A stretch of DNA of 64,000 bases, taken from contig CAVHUZ010000001.1 in assembly GCA_963639545.1 (NCBI GenBank), positions 9,646 through 73,645 on the forward strand, in the 5' to 3' direction. The DNA comes from Bacteroidaceae bacterium (GTDB lineage Bacteria > Bacteroidota > Bacteroidia > Bacteroidales > Bacteroidaceae). The translations under genes and the position numbers were made by a program. A model generated the notes under the pieces. That model saw only the letters and a program-made list of their open reading frames with translations, was not told where the DNA came from and did no database searches. This document shows positions 18,940-28,812 of this stretch, in pieces; within the stretch, counting starts at the first letter, position 1; the number at the start of each line of letters is the position of its first letter.

Positions 18940-20436
18940 ATGAAAACGATACATCTATCCAAACCCCGCACCCCTCTTGTGCTGACGCTCCTCGTTGGTG
19001 CAGCGCTCTCTTTGGGCTCTTGCTCTGACACCCCCAGTGATGTCACGGAGGTCAAAGCGTTGCCCAATATCTTCCCCGACTATGCCGGTGTGACCATTCC
19101 TGCCGAGATAGCTCCGCTCAACTTCAATGCCAAAGACAACGATGCCGATGTGCTCGATGTAGAGGTGGAAGGCTCAAAGGGCGGCTCTCTGCACGCCAAC
19201 GGTCAGTATGCCGACTTTGATGTGGACGACTGGCACGAGCTAACCAATGCCAATAAAGGCGGAAAGCTCACCTTCACCGTTGCCATTAAGAAGGATGGCC
19301 AATGGAAACAATACCGCGACTTCACCGTGAACGTCTCCTCTGATCCTCTAGGCGAGTGGGGACTCACCTACCGACTCATCCCTCCCGGCTATGAGGTCTA
19401 TGGTAAGCACGGCATCTATCAGCGCGATCTGAGTACGTTTGACGAGAAACCAATCTTCGAGAACACCGCCGTGCCCGGTGCATGTGTCAACTGCCACATG
19501 AGCAACCGCACCAATCCGGACCGCTTCACCTTCCATATCCGTGGTGCCAATGGCGCTACGCTCGTTCAGCAGAATGGCGCGTTTGAGGTGCTCAAGGCTA
19601 AGAACGACTCCATCAAAGGCTCGATGGTCTATCCTTACTGGCTTCCTTCGGGTAAGTTTGTGGCTTATAGCACCAACCAAACCCACCAAAGCTTCCACGC
19701 AGTGAAGGACGAGCGCATCGAGGTCTTTGACCAAGCGTCCGACGTTCTTATCTATAATCCATCCACACACGAGCTAGTGCTCAATCCCGAAGTGATGACT
19801 CCGGACCACTTCGAAACCTATCCGGTGTTCGCTCCCGATGGTAAGACCCTCTACTTTGTGTCCTCTCAGGCGTGGGACATCCCCCAACACTATAAGAGCA
19901 TCCAGTACAACCTCTGTCGTGTAGGCTTTGATCCGCAGACCGGACGCACCGTTGGTAAGGTCGATACCATCTTCAATGCCCGTCAGATGGGCAAGAGCGC
20001 CACCCATCCTCGCCCCTCTTACGATGGCCGATTTATCCTCTTCACGATGAGCGATTATGGTTGCTTCCCCATCTGGCACAAGGAGTCTGATCAGTGGTTG
20101 CTGGATCTGCGTACCCTCAAGGCTCGCCCACTCACTGAGATCAATAGCAATGATGCCGACTCCTACCACAACTGGAGCGCCAACAGCCACTGGATCGTGT
20201 TCACCTCGCGTCGTCTGAATGGCTATTACACCGATCTCTACCTCGCACACGTGGACGCCCAGGGCCGAATGGGTAAGCCCTTCCTCCTCCCACAGCGCAA
20301 TCCTTGGGAATACTATGACCAGACCGTCAATAGCTTTAACACGCCCGACTTCACCCTACGCCCCGTAGAGCTAGACCCTCGTGCCGTGGGCAGCGCATTG
20401 CTTGCACCCGATCGTGTTCCTACCAAGGTGAAATGA
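18940..20436 (+). CDS. TolB/PD40 beta-propeller lipoprotein with CxxCH, copy 1
   Basis: Lipobox LGSC; IPAEIAPLNF, CVNCH, PVFAPDG, PRPSYDGR, WSANSHWIVFTSRR. Confidence 0.8.
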   Translation: MKTIHLSKPRTPLVLTLLVGAALSLGSCSDTPSDVTEVKALPNIFPDYAGVTIPAEIAPLNFNAKDNDADVLDVEVEGSKGGSLHANGQYADFDVDDWHELTNANKGGKLTFTVAIKKDGQWKQYRDFTVNVSSDPLGEWGLTYRLIPPGYEVYGKHGIYQRDLSTFDEKPIFENTAVPGACVNCHMSNRTNPDRFTFHIRGANGATLVQQNGAFEVLKAKNDSIKGSMVYPYWLPSGKFVAYSTNQTHQSFHAVKDERIEVFDQASDVLIYNPSTHELVLNPEVMTPDHFETYPVFAPDGKTLYFVSSQAWDIPQHYKSIQYNLCRVGFDPQTGRTVGKVDTIFNARQMGKSATHPRPSYDGRFILFTMSDYGCFPIWHKESDQWLLDLRTLKARPLTEINSNDADSYHNWSANSHWIVFTSRRLNGYYTDLYLAHVDAQGRMGKPFLLPQRNPWEYYDQTVNSFNTPDFTLRPVELDPRAVGSALLAPDRVPTKVK

Positions 20437-20490
20437 TAACCTTCGGGCCGTATCCGCACCTGCCTGGACGTAAACAATAGAACCCAAACA

Positions 20491-20539
20491 ATAGCAAAAG
20501 TCCTCTTGAGATAATGTTCTCGAGAGGACTTTTGCTGTA
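20491..20539. terminator. Bidirectional terminator between the convergent DUF6057-propeller operons
   Basis: AGCAAAAGTCCTCTTGAGA / TCTCGAGAGGACTTTTGCT stem. Confidence 0.8.
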
Positions 20540-20568
20540 TATACGCCTATGTGTTAAAGGCTAAAATG

Positions 20569-20599
20569 ATTGTGCGCAGAACTTTATAGAACCCGCCTA
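20569..20599. repeat. Solo end of the MITE-like element
   Basis: ATTGTGCGCAGAACTTTATAGAACCCGCCTA resembles the 7480-7509 end; overlaps the TAG stop of the minus-strand gene. Confidence 0.6.
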
Positions 20600-22090
20600 G
20601 AAGTCTTTCAGCGTGAATGGTTCAGCCGTCTGCTTCATCACCCTTTCCACATCTATTGGGTCAAAGGGCACGCTGCCACGCCCCAGCTCGGGTATGTTGA
20701 AGCTCTTGAGATTGTTGTCATAGAAGCTAGGGTCAGCTTGCGGCAACACAAACGGCTTATGTGCGTGTCCGTTGCGGTCGATGTAACAGAAGTAAGGTTT
20801 GCCATAAACGCCATCTCCGCGCTTGCTCGCAAAGACCAGCCAGCGGCTATTGCTTGACCAGCTATGATAGGTATCGCTCTTGTCGCTGTTAGCCATCGCC
20901 ATACTATCGATGCGCCCCGTGGCTAGATCCATCAGTTGGAGGTCAGCCTCCGGATGCCAAACGGGGAACGTGCCATAGCTAGCCACCGTGTACACGATGT
21001 ACCTTCCGTCCGGACTGATGCGAGGATGACACACGCTGCGCTTCTCCGTGGCGTCCTTTCCTGTGCCAGCATGGAGCAGCGTATCCACCTTGTTGCCGAT
21101 GCGTCCCGTCTTTTCGTTGAAGGGGATGCGCACCAAGCTGTATTGCAGACCTTTCAGATTGTCCGTTAGCAAGCCATTGGCATCAGCCACACAGTAGTAG
21201 ATATACTTGCCGTCAGGACTGAACGTGGGGAACGTCTCTAGGTGTGCGCTATCGGCAAGCAAGGGCGAGTGGTAGATGGTGTTGCTCTTTAGGTCAGCTA
21301 CATACACATCGCTCGCCTTGTCATACACCTCCAGTCGCTTGTTGGCACGGGCGTGAAAAGCAGGAATGATGATGTTGGTAGAGAAGGTGATGTACCGCCC
21401 CGACGGACTAAATCCGTAGTAGACGCTGCTCGATACCATTGAGTCGCGGTCATTGTGCGCCTTGATGTTCAGCTTGCGCAGCGTGCCGTGGTCATTGAGG
21501 ATAGCACCTCCGTCCTTACCACGCACGTAAACCATACTCAGGTCAGGGTCTTGATTGCCGAAGGCGTGACAGTTCATGCAGCGATTCTCCTGCATCTCAT
21601 GATTGGCAATGGGGGTGGTCTCAAAGGACGTGATGTCACGTTGCTCAATGGTGACGTGGTTCCATATCTCATAGTCGGGCTCGATGAGACGATACGTCAG
21701 CGTGTGATCTATCGTGTCATTGGCCACATACCAGTGGAACGCCTTGAACGTCTTCCACGCTCCGTCATACTGCGCTGACACCTCCACGTTGAGCGTCTTG
21801 CCCGCATTGGCAGTCAGTAGCTCGCGCCATTGCTTGATATCAAACGTCGCTTTGCTCCCGTCCCAAGCATCAAAGTCGGCACCATTGATGCGCACGGCGA
21901 TGGCTTCGGGCTGGTCACGCAGCAGGAAGTTGAGCGGTGCGATATTCTTCGGAATAGTCACCTCGGTATAGTCGGGGTACATCTTCGGCAGCGTAGCCAC
22001 CTGTGTGGCGTTCTCCACCGTAGGCTTGCAACCATAAAGCAAGGCGATGCAAGCCGTGATTATCATGAAAAGGTATTTGGTTCTCATCAT
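20597..22090 (-). CDS. TolB/PD40 beta-propeller lipoprotein with CxxCH, copy 2
   Basis: Lipobox LYGC; IPKNIAPLNF, CMNCH, PTFSPDG, PRISPDGR, WSSNSRWLVFASKR. Confidence 0.8.
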   Translation of the reverse strand: MMRTKYLFMIITACIALLYGCKPTVENATQVATLPKMYPDYTEVTIPKNIAPLNFLLRDQPEAIAVRINGADFDAWDGSKATFDIKQWRELLTANAGKTLNVEVSAQYDGAWKTFKAFHWYVANDTIDHTLTYRLIEPDYEIWNHVTIEQRDITSFETTPIANHEMQENRCMNCHAFGNQDPDLSMVYVRGKDGGAILNDHGTLRKLNIKAHNDRDSMVSSSVYYGFSPSGRYITFSTNIIIPAFHARANKRLEVYDKASDVYVADLKSNTIYHSPLLADSAHLETFPTFSPDGKYIYYCVADANGLLTDNLKGLQYSLVRIPFNEKTGRIGNKVDTLLHAGTGKDATEKRSVCHPRISPDGRYIVYTVASYGTFPVWHPEADLQLMDLATGRIDSMAMANSDKSDTYHSWSSNSRWLVFASKRGDGVYGKPYFCYIDRNGHAHKPFVLPQADPSFYDNNLKSFNIPELGRGSVPFDPIDVERVMKQTAEPFTLKDF

Positions 22091-22133
22091 TGTCAGTCGT
22101 TAGATGTGTTGTGGTAAGACATGTAAGGAGCGG

Positions 22134-23708
22134 TCAATAGTCGGTGCGTGGTGCTTGCCCCTTGTCAAAGTAGTACCAGTAAGTGCCCTTGAAGGCTTCG
22201 CTTCCGCGTGCGTTGTTATAGGCGTTAAACTGCTGTAGCTGTTGGTTGTCGCGTATGTAGCGTTCCCATTGCTCCTGTGGGGCATTGGTTCCGGCAAGGT
22301 ATATCATCAGCGCTTGTTGATAGATAGCCCGATTGCGTCCCTCGCCTTGCTGCATGCAGTAGCGGTCATAGTCGGCCTTGAACGATTCCATGTCCTTCAG
22401 CAGCAGGTCGCTGCATAGTAGATAGTCTAGCGCAAGGGTGTTCTTCGGGTTGCTATCGAGCAGCTCCATGATCAGCATACGTGCATTGTCATTGACCCGC
22501 AGCGTGTCCTTCCGGTTGATATAGGCACGTTTAGCTAGCAGTGCGGCATCCTTGATTGGCCCCTTGCTTAGGTCATGCGCATCAGCCCAAGGACGATAGA
22601 TGAGCGTCTTCTGCAACAAGCGGACATACTTCATCGCCACCGCCGTGTCACTGCTGACGATGCTCGTCTCAGCTAGGCGTTTCATCATCCGCACGTTGCG
22701 GTTGTCAGAAGAGAACACATTGGCCATCATCGCGGCACGCTCAGCAAAGGTCATGTCACCCAAGGCAAAGTAGAGCTCGTTCATATTCTTGATGATACTG
22801 ATGGGTGTGGAGGGTCCGATGCGTCTGAACGTTCCTAGGTCGGTATGATCCAGGGTGAGCAACTTCTCGGGTAGCTGTCCCATCTGTGCGTTGGCTAGGT
22901 TATAGTAGAAGGTGATCTGCTCCTCGGGCTGATCCATCGCTTCCACCATGCTCACCACCTTGGCGTAGTGGCCCCAGCGATACTCGTCGTCCACGGCAAG
23001 GTAGCGCTCCACTCTGAAGTCGGGCTTGGCAGGCTGATGCAGGGTGGGGTAGGCCAGCATTGTGCCATAATCCATATAGTAGATGCCTCGTGCCAGCCAT
23101 AGCAACGCCACGGATACCACCGTCAGCGCCACCGTGACAATCTGCAATCGGCGCTCGCGCTCACAGCATACCGCCACCAGTAGCAAGGCGATGTACCCCC
23201 ACATGCCCACGCCGAAGAGCCAGAATGTACCGATGAGCAGCACCGGCGTCAGATAGCGGGCATAGCGCTTGCCGTAGCAGCTCAGCCAAAACAGTGTGGC
23301 GCCCCCCGTGAGCGCTATCATCTCACTGAGCTTGCTTCCTAGCTGCATGGCGCTGAATGTCTCAATGGTGATGCACACCACCGCTACGATGAAAGCCCAC
23401 GGCTGTCGCACCCCCGCCTTCTCCAATGCGCGACGGAGTACGTCACCCAGCGTGAGCAGCACCAGCGTGACCACCAGCGGTCCTACGTAGAGGTAATAGT
23501 AGAGCTGTGTGAGGAAGTCGCCCACCAAGCATGCCATCCAAGCGGGCTTGCTTAGGTAGGTCAGCAGATAGCCTGAGGAGAGCAAGAATAGCTGGTTCTG
23601 CTCTTGATAGAACAAGTGGTGCGGATAGCAGAAGGCAAAGAATGCAAAGCACACCAAGCCCCATAGTGCTATCACCACAAGGGAATAATATCGTTTGAGT
23701 AGTTGCAT
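22134..23708 (-). CDS. DUF6057-family polytopic membrane protein, copy 2
   Basis: YQEQNQLFL, DFLTQLYY, LALDYL; start set at ATG 23708, consistent with the TACCTTTG box at 23737-23744. Confidence 0.8.
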   Translation of the reverse strand: MQLLKRYYSLVVIALWGLVCFAFFAFCYPHHLFYQEQNQLFLLSSGYLLTYLSKPAWMACLVGDFLTQLYYYLYVGPLVVTLVLLTLGDVLRRALEKAGVRQPWAFIVAVVCITIETFSAMQLGSKLSEMIALTGGATLFWLSCYGKRYARYLTPVLLIGTFWLFGVGMWGYIALLLVAVCCERERRLQIVTVALTVVSVALLWLARGIYYMDYGTMLAYPTLHQPAKPDFRVERYLAVDDEYRWGHYAKVVSMVEAMDQPEEQITFYYNLANAQMGQLPEKLLTLDHTDLGTFRRIGPSTPISIIKNMNELYFALGDMTFAERAAMMANVFSSDNRNVRMMKRLAETSIVSSDTAVAMKYVRLLQKTLIYRPWADAHDLSKGPIKDAALLAKRAYINRKDTLRVNDNARMLIMELLDSNPKNTLALDYLLCSDLLLKDMESFKADYDRYCMQQGEGRNRAIYQQALMIYLAGTNAPQEQWERYIRDNQQLQQFNAYNNARGSEAFKGTYWYYFDKGQAPRTDY

Positions 23709-23826
23709 CGTCTTAGGTTTCAACGGTTCTTAAGGACAAAGGTAGCTATTTTTACGATGCCAAACAAATTTACTGACCTTTTATTCGTGCCCCTTTCACA
23801 AGGCGAAACCATTGCTATGGCAAGAG

Positions 23827-23886
23827 AAAATAAATTGATTTTCACAAAGAAATAAATTAATTCTTGTAGAAAAATAAATTGATTTC
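23827..23886. repeat. Dispersed AT-rich triple-box repeat, copy C
   Basis: AAAATAAATTGATTTT, GAAATAAATTAATTCT and AAAATAAATTGATTTC at exact 22-bp spacing. Confidence 0.7.
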
Positions 23887-23956
23887 CCCTTCGCCCCCAT
23901 ATATATAAGGTTGTGGCAGAGCCTATCTGAGGTCCCGAAAGGTGTCCTTTTGGTCA

Positions 23957-24035
23957 TGTAACAGACTTGTAATGAAGCCTTCAACGGGACGTCACACGAT
24001 GTACACCTGCCTGTAACAAGAGGGTGCTACCTTTG
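23957..24035 (+). promoter_or_regulatory. Pho-box-like 11-bp phased direct repeats plus -7 box (TACCTTTG)
   Basis: TGTAAC 23957, TGTAAT 23968, CGTCAC 23990, TGTAAC 24012 (offsets 11, 33, 55); -7 box at 24028-24035. Confidence 0.6.
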
Positions 24036-24059
24036 CACCGTGAACCAAGACATGACTAT

Positions 24060-26858
24060 ATGAAGCGAATCAGAAGGGGAACGGCAGCGCTCATGCTGCT
24101 AATTGGATCGGCTTCAGCGGTGCAGGCACAGAACATCAAGGGCACCGTGACTGATCTACAGACACACGAACCACTTATCGGCGCCACCATTCAGGTTAAA
24201 GGATCCAGTGTGGGCGCAGTGACTGACATTGATGGACGATTCTCCATCACCGGTCTTGAACCTGGACGATATACCTTGATAGTGAAGTATGTGAGCTATC
24301 AAACCCAAGAGATTGACGGAGTTCAGGCGACGCCCGAGGCGGCAGATGACATGCAGGTCACCCTGAAGGCGGATGAACAAAAGCTGAACGAGGTTACTGT
24401 CACGGCCGTACAACGACGCAACACGGAGACCGCAATGATTGAGGTAGCCAAGAACAGCTCCGTCATCGTGAGCAATATATCTGCACAAGAGATACAACGC
24501 ACCCAGGATGCCAACGCCGGCGAGGTGATCAGACGTGTACCCGGAGTGAGCCTTATCGATGACAAGTTTGTCATGGTGCGTGGTCTCTCGCAGCGATACA
24601 ATAATGTGTGGGTCAACGGAGGAGCCGTGCCTTCAAGTGAGGCCGACTCTAGAGCATTCTCGTTTGATATGATTCCCAGTTCTCAACTGGACAATCTGAT
24701 GATTATCAAGACCCCTACGGCCGAATATCCTGCCGACTACACCGGTGGCTTTATTCTGGTTAACACGAAAGAAATTCCCGTAACTAACTCTTTTCATGTG
24801 TCGGTAGGCGGTAGCTGGAATTCGGCTTCTGCCTTCCGCAATTTTCGTTCTGCCAATGGGTCGGGTACCGATTTCCTTGGCTTTGACAACGGACTGCGCT
24901 CGCTGTATGGCGGTATCGACGCATCACTGAACCCGATAGCTGGAACGGGAACGGATCTCAGCGGCAACCATCTGAACAATAACTGGATGGTGAACGATTC
25001 CAAGCCCTGGGGTGACCTCAAGCTCTCTGCTGACTGGAATCATAGTTGGACTATACGCGACTATCGCTTAGGAATGCTGGCAGCGGTCAACTATAGCAGC
25101 GACTACCGCACCTACGTGGGTATGGAGAACAACCTTTACGGTGTGTATGACGTGGCCAATGATCGTCCCAACTATCTGCGTCAGTCAACTGACGATCAGT
25201 ATAACCACAACGTGCGACTAGGTGCGATGTACAACGTCACGTTGCTCAGCCCGTCAGGAAGACATAAGTATCAGTTCAAGAACATCTTCAACCAGATAGG
25301 CAACAGCCGCTACACCTGGCGACAGGGCGTCACCGCACAAGCCAATCTGGAACGGTCAGCGGAGTACTACTACCGCAGCCGCACCACCTATAACGGTCAG
25401 ATAACCGGTAAGCATACCTTCAGCGGCGATGCCCTTGACTGGAGCGTCGGCTACGCGTACGCCAATCGGCACTTGCCTGACCGTAAGAGATACCTCGAGG
25501 ACGATGCCTTGGAAAGTGGCATCTATGCCCTAAGCACGGGAAACGATATCTCGCGCGAATGGACACAACTCGACGAACATATCATGTCGGCTAACATCAA
25601 CGACGATCACACGTTCAGTTTCGGCTCATGGCAACCTCATCTCAAGATGGGCGCTTACGGTGAGTATCGCACCCGCAAGTATACCACGCGCGAGTTTATC
25701 TACAACTGGAACGCTGCTGACAATGATATGCCGGCTGACTTCCGCCATGCTGACCTGCCTACGCTGCTGAGCGATGCTGCCAACTATGGTGCTTCGCGGC
25801 TCTATCTGCTGGAACAGGTGCAGATGCGCAACAACTACAGCGGACACAACACCCTTGGGGCGGCATACCTATCGGCTTTGTTCCCCTTTGGCAAGATAGA
25901 TATCAATGCCGGTGTCCGCTACGAATTCAATCGGATGGAGCTTATCTCCAATACCAAAGATAATGAGGTGAGCCCCTCAAGTCGATATTACACACACGGC
26001 GACTTGTTTCCTTCGGTCAACACCACCTATAAGATTGATGAGCGCAACCAGCTGCGTCTGAGCTATGGACGTAGCGTGAATAGACCCGAGTTTAGGGAGG
26101 TGTCATCGTCAGTCTACTACGACTTTGACCTGGCATCAAGCGTACAGGGTAACACCGAGCTACGCAACTGCTACATAGACAACCTTGACCTCCGCTATGA
26201 ATTCTACCCTTCGCGTGGTGAACAGATCTCAGTGGCTGCGTTCTACAAGCATTTTGATTCGCCTATAGAGTGGACCTACACCGTGGCGGGAGGTACTGAG
26301 CTGATCTATAGTTATAAGAATGCGGATAGGGCCAATACCTATGGCATTGAGGTGGACGTACGCAAGGACTTGTCGTTCATCGGTCTGAACCACTTCTCAT
26401 GGAGCTTTAATGGTGCGCTGATCAAGAGCCGAGTGAGCTTTGAAGCGGGTGCTCGCGAACACAATCGCCCCATGCAAGGACAGTCGCCTTATCTGATTAA
26501 CACGGGCATCTTCTATAAGCATCCCACCTGCGGACTGGATGTGTCGCTGCTTTACAACCGCATAGGTAAGCGCATCATCGGTGTGGGACGTAGCGAGGGT
26601 ACCACGGGTAGTGACGAGAACGCTCGCGTGCCAGACAGCTATGAGATGCCGCGTGATGCCTTTGACCTCACCGCATCTAAGAAATGGGGACGATGGGAGG
26701 TGAAATGCGCTGTGCGTGACATCCTCAACCAGGCGGTCAGCTACAAGCAGTTTGCTGATGTGACCTACGCTGATGGCTCTACCAAGAAGGTGGAAGAGAT
26801 CGTTCGCCGCTACAAACCCGGTCGCAACATCTCCGTTACAGCCACTTATCAATTCTGA
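24060..26858 (+). CDS. TonB-dependent receptor (non-SusC type)
   Basis: CarboxypepD-like N-domain; plug RRVPGVS..VRGLSQRYN; RPEFREVS; MQGQSPYLIN; C-terminal F; start set at MKRIRR. Confidence 0.93.
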   Translation: MKRIRRGTAALMLLIGSASAVQAQNIKGTVTDLQTHEPLIGATIQVKGSSVGAVTDIDGRFSITGLEPGRYTLIVKYVSYQTQEIDGVQATPEAADDMQVTLKADEQKLNEVTVTAVQRRNTETAMIEVAKNSSVIVSNISAQEIQRTQDANAGEVIRRVPGVSLIDDKFVMVRGLSQRYNNVWVNGGAVPSSEADSRAFSFDMIPSSQLDNLMIIKTPTAEYPADYTGGFILVNTKEIPVTNSFHVSVGGSWNSASAFRNFRSANGSGTDFLGFDNGLRSLYGGIDASLNPIAGTGTDLSGNHLNNNWMVNDSKPWGDLKLSADWNHSWTIRDYRLGMLAAVNYSSDYRTYVGMENNLYGVYDVANDRPNYLRQSTDDQYNHNVRLGAMYNVTLLSPSGRHKYQFKNIFNQIGNSRYTWRQGVTAQANLERSAEYYYRSRTTYNGQITGKHTFSGDALDWSVGYAYANRHLPDRKRYLEDDALESGIYALSTGNDISREWTQLDEHIMSANINDDHTFSFGSWQPHLKMGAYGEYRTRKYTTREFIYNWNAADNDMPADFRHADLPTLLSDAANYGASRLYLLEQVQMRNNYSGHNTLGAAYLSALFPFGKIDINAGVRYEFNRMELISNTKDNEVSPSSRYYTHGDLFPSVNTTYKIDERNQLRLSYGRSVNRPEFREVSSSVYYDFDLASSVQGNTELRNCYIDNLDLRYEFYPSRGEQISVAAFYKHFDSPIEWTYTVAGGTELIYSYKNADRANTYGIEVDVRKDLSFIGLNHFSWSFNGALIKSRVSFEAGAREHNRPMQGQSPYLINTGIFYKHPTCGLDVSLLYNRIGKRIIGVGRSEGTTGSDENARVPDSYEMPRDAFDLTASKKWGRWEVKCAVRDILNQAVSYKQFADVTYADGSTKKVEEIVRRYKPGRNISVTATYQF

Positions 26859-26884
26859 CAACGTTTTATCAACACAATAACAAG

Positions 26885-28420
26885 ATGAAAAAACAACAAA
26901 TCGCTGGATGCTTTGGTATCCTCGCGCTTGCAGCCTCATTGGCCGCTTGCAGCAACAATGATGACCCTGTAGTGCCTACACCCGATGACAAAGGAAGCAC
27001 TACCACTTACACATGGACCACTGATGGCGGACTGAAAGCCTGTGATCACATCCTGTTCAACAACGGAAAGGAAGATGCCAATGGTGCGGAGATTGGCAAC
27101 GGAGATAAGCAATTTGTGTTTACGGGCAAGCAGACCTTGAAGAAAGGTACTTACCTGCTCAAGGGTTGGGTGTATATCGCTAACGGCGCCGAACTTACCA
27201 TTGAGCCGGGAACCGTGATCAAGGGTGACAAAGACACGCAGGCGTCACTCATCGCTGAACGTGGTGGTAAGTTGATAGCCAAAGGTACGGCAGATCAACC
27301 TATCGTCTTCACCTCCGAACAGGCTGCGGGCGAACGCAAACCCGGCGATTGGGGTGGCGTGATCCTCTGCGGCAAGGCACGTAACAACCAACAAGAGATG
27401 CAGATCGAAGGTGGTCCACGTACCAAGCACGGCGGTAATGACGATGCGGACAACTCAGGTGTGCTGAGCTATGTGCGTATCGAGTTTGCCGGTTATCCTT
27501 TCCGCCCCGATCAGGAGATCAATGGCTTGACTCTCGGATCAGTGGGTAGCGGCACACAGATTGACCATGTGCAGGTAAGCTATAGCAACGACGACTCCTT
27601 TGAGTGGTTTGGTGGCACGGTCAACTGTAAGTATCTGATTGCTTATAAAGGCTGGGACGATGACTTCGATACCGATAATGGCTTCTCAGGTAAGGTGCAG
27701 TTTGGTCTAGCGGTACGCGATTCGAAGATCGCAGACAAGTCGCAGAGCAACGGCTTTGAGAGTGACAACTGCGCTGATGGTTCTCTTGTAGATCCTTACA
27801 CCAACGCTACGTTCTCAAACATCACCTTCGTAGGACCTAAACTCGACAGTCAGTTCCAAAACACCACCGACTATATCACCGCCGGCAGCGTCTATCCTAA
27901 CAATGGCTCTGCCCTCGGTAAGTTCCAAGCAGCGATGCAGATTCGTCGTAGCTCACGTCTCAACTGTGTCAACTCTCTAGCTATCGGATGGCCTATCGGT
28001 CTCATCCTTGATCAGGAAAAGGGTAACACACAGGATCAGGCAAAGGCTGGCACGCTCAAGCTACAGAATATTTGGTTTGCCGGAATGGATGCTGTGGGCA
28101 CGGATGCTAATAAGGTCTACGATGATGTCTTGGTAACAGGATATGACGAAAACAAGAAGGCTGTGCTTGACAATAGTCAAGCTTCGTTCTCAAGCACCTT
28201 CTTTAAGGCACAACAGGGCAACAAATATCTTGATAGCTGGACTTCTCTCTTGCTCGATGCCAACTATATGCCTCAGACGGGAAGCCCACTGCTCAGTGCA
28301 GCATCGTTCAGCGGAATGGATAGCTGGTTCTCAAGCGTGTCTTACATCGGCTGCTTTAATGCGGGTGATAACTGGACTGCGGGTTGGACCAACTTTGATC
28401 CGCAGAACACAAAGTACTAA
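26885..28420 (+). CDS. Surface lipoprotein, putative beta-helix partner of the TonB receptor
   Basis: Lipobox LAAC plus acidic SNNDD; PGDWGGVILCG, DNSGVLSYVRIEFAG, DDSFEWFGG, DDDFDTD. Confidence 0.75.
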   Translation: MKKQQIAGCFGILALAASLAACSNNDDPVVPTPDDKGSTTTYTWTTDGGLKACDHILFNNGKEDANGAEIGNGDKQFVFTGKQTLKKGTYLLKGWVYIANGAELTIEPGTVIKGDKDTQASLIAERGGKLIAKGTADQPIVFTSEQAAGERKPGDWGGVILCGKARNNQQEMQIEGGPRTKHGGNDDADNSGVLSYVRIEFAGYPFRPDQEINGLTLGSVGSGTQIDHVQVSYSNDDSFEWFGGTVNCKYLIAYKGWDDDFDTDNGFSGKVQFGLAVRDSKIADKSQSNGFESDNCADGSLVDPYTNATFSNITFVGPKLDSQFQNTTDYITAGSVYPNNGSALGKFQAAMQIRRSSRLNCVNSLAIGWPIGLILDQEKGNTQDQAKAGTLKLQNIWFAGMDAVGTDANKVYDDVLVTGYDENKKAVLDNSQASFSSTFFKAQQGNKYLDSWTSLLLDANYMPQTGSPLLSAASFSGMDSWFSSVSYIGCFNAGDNWTAGWTNFDPQNTKY

Positions 28421-28486
28421 TATCTGTGGCTAGTAAGATTGGTCTCATCGTCTAGGAGACCACTCTATATCAATGGTATTACATGA

Positions 28487-28529
28487 AAATCGGATTGTAT
28501 CAAGGCTTAGCAAAGATACAATCCGATTT
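28487..28529. terminator. Bidirectional terminator
   Basis: AAATCGGATTGTATC / GATACAATCCGATTT 15-bp stem between convergent genes. Confidence 0.75.
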
Positions 28530-28562
28530 CTAGATTTTATTGATTTTATGGGTTACCTATGG

Positions 28563-28799
28563 TTAAATGGGCTTAAAATAAAAATCATAAACACAAAGCA
28601 AGAGCAATACGAAGGATACTAGATAAGCCCAAAAGTCATATTTAGCATATTTGGTTTTGCCTAAGTAAGCGCCAAGAGTGCAAAAGAGTAAGGACAAAAT
28701 AGATGCGCAAGTAATCACTGCGGGTATTGTGACTAGATTGTATACACTTGCGCCAAGTGATACCAATGCGCTAAGAAGAAGTAAAATCTTTGTTTTCAT
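28563..28799 (-). CDS. Small hypothetical membrane protein (about 3 TM)
   Basis: 78 aa, three hydrophobic stretches, starts 13 bp after the upstream stop, terminator downstream. Confidence 0.6.
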   Translation of the reverse strand: MKTKILLLLSALVSLGASVYNLVTIPAVITCASILSLLFCTLGAYLGKTKYAKYDFWAYLVSFVLLLLCVYDFYFKPI

Positions 28800-28812
28800 A
28801 AGTCAATGGTTA

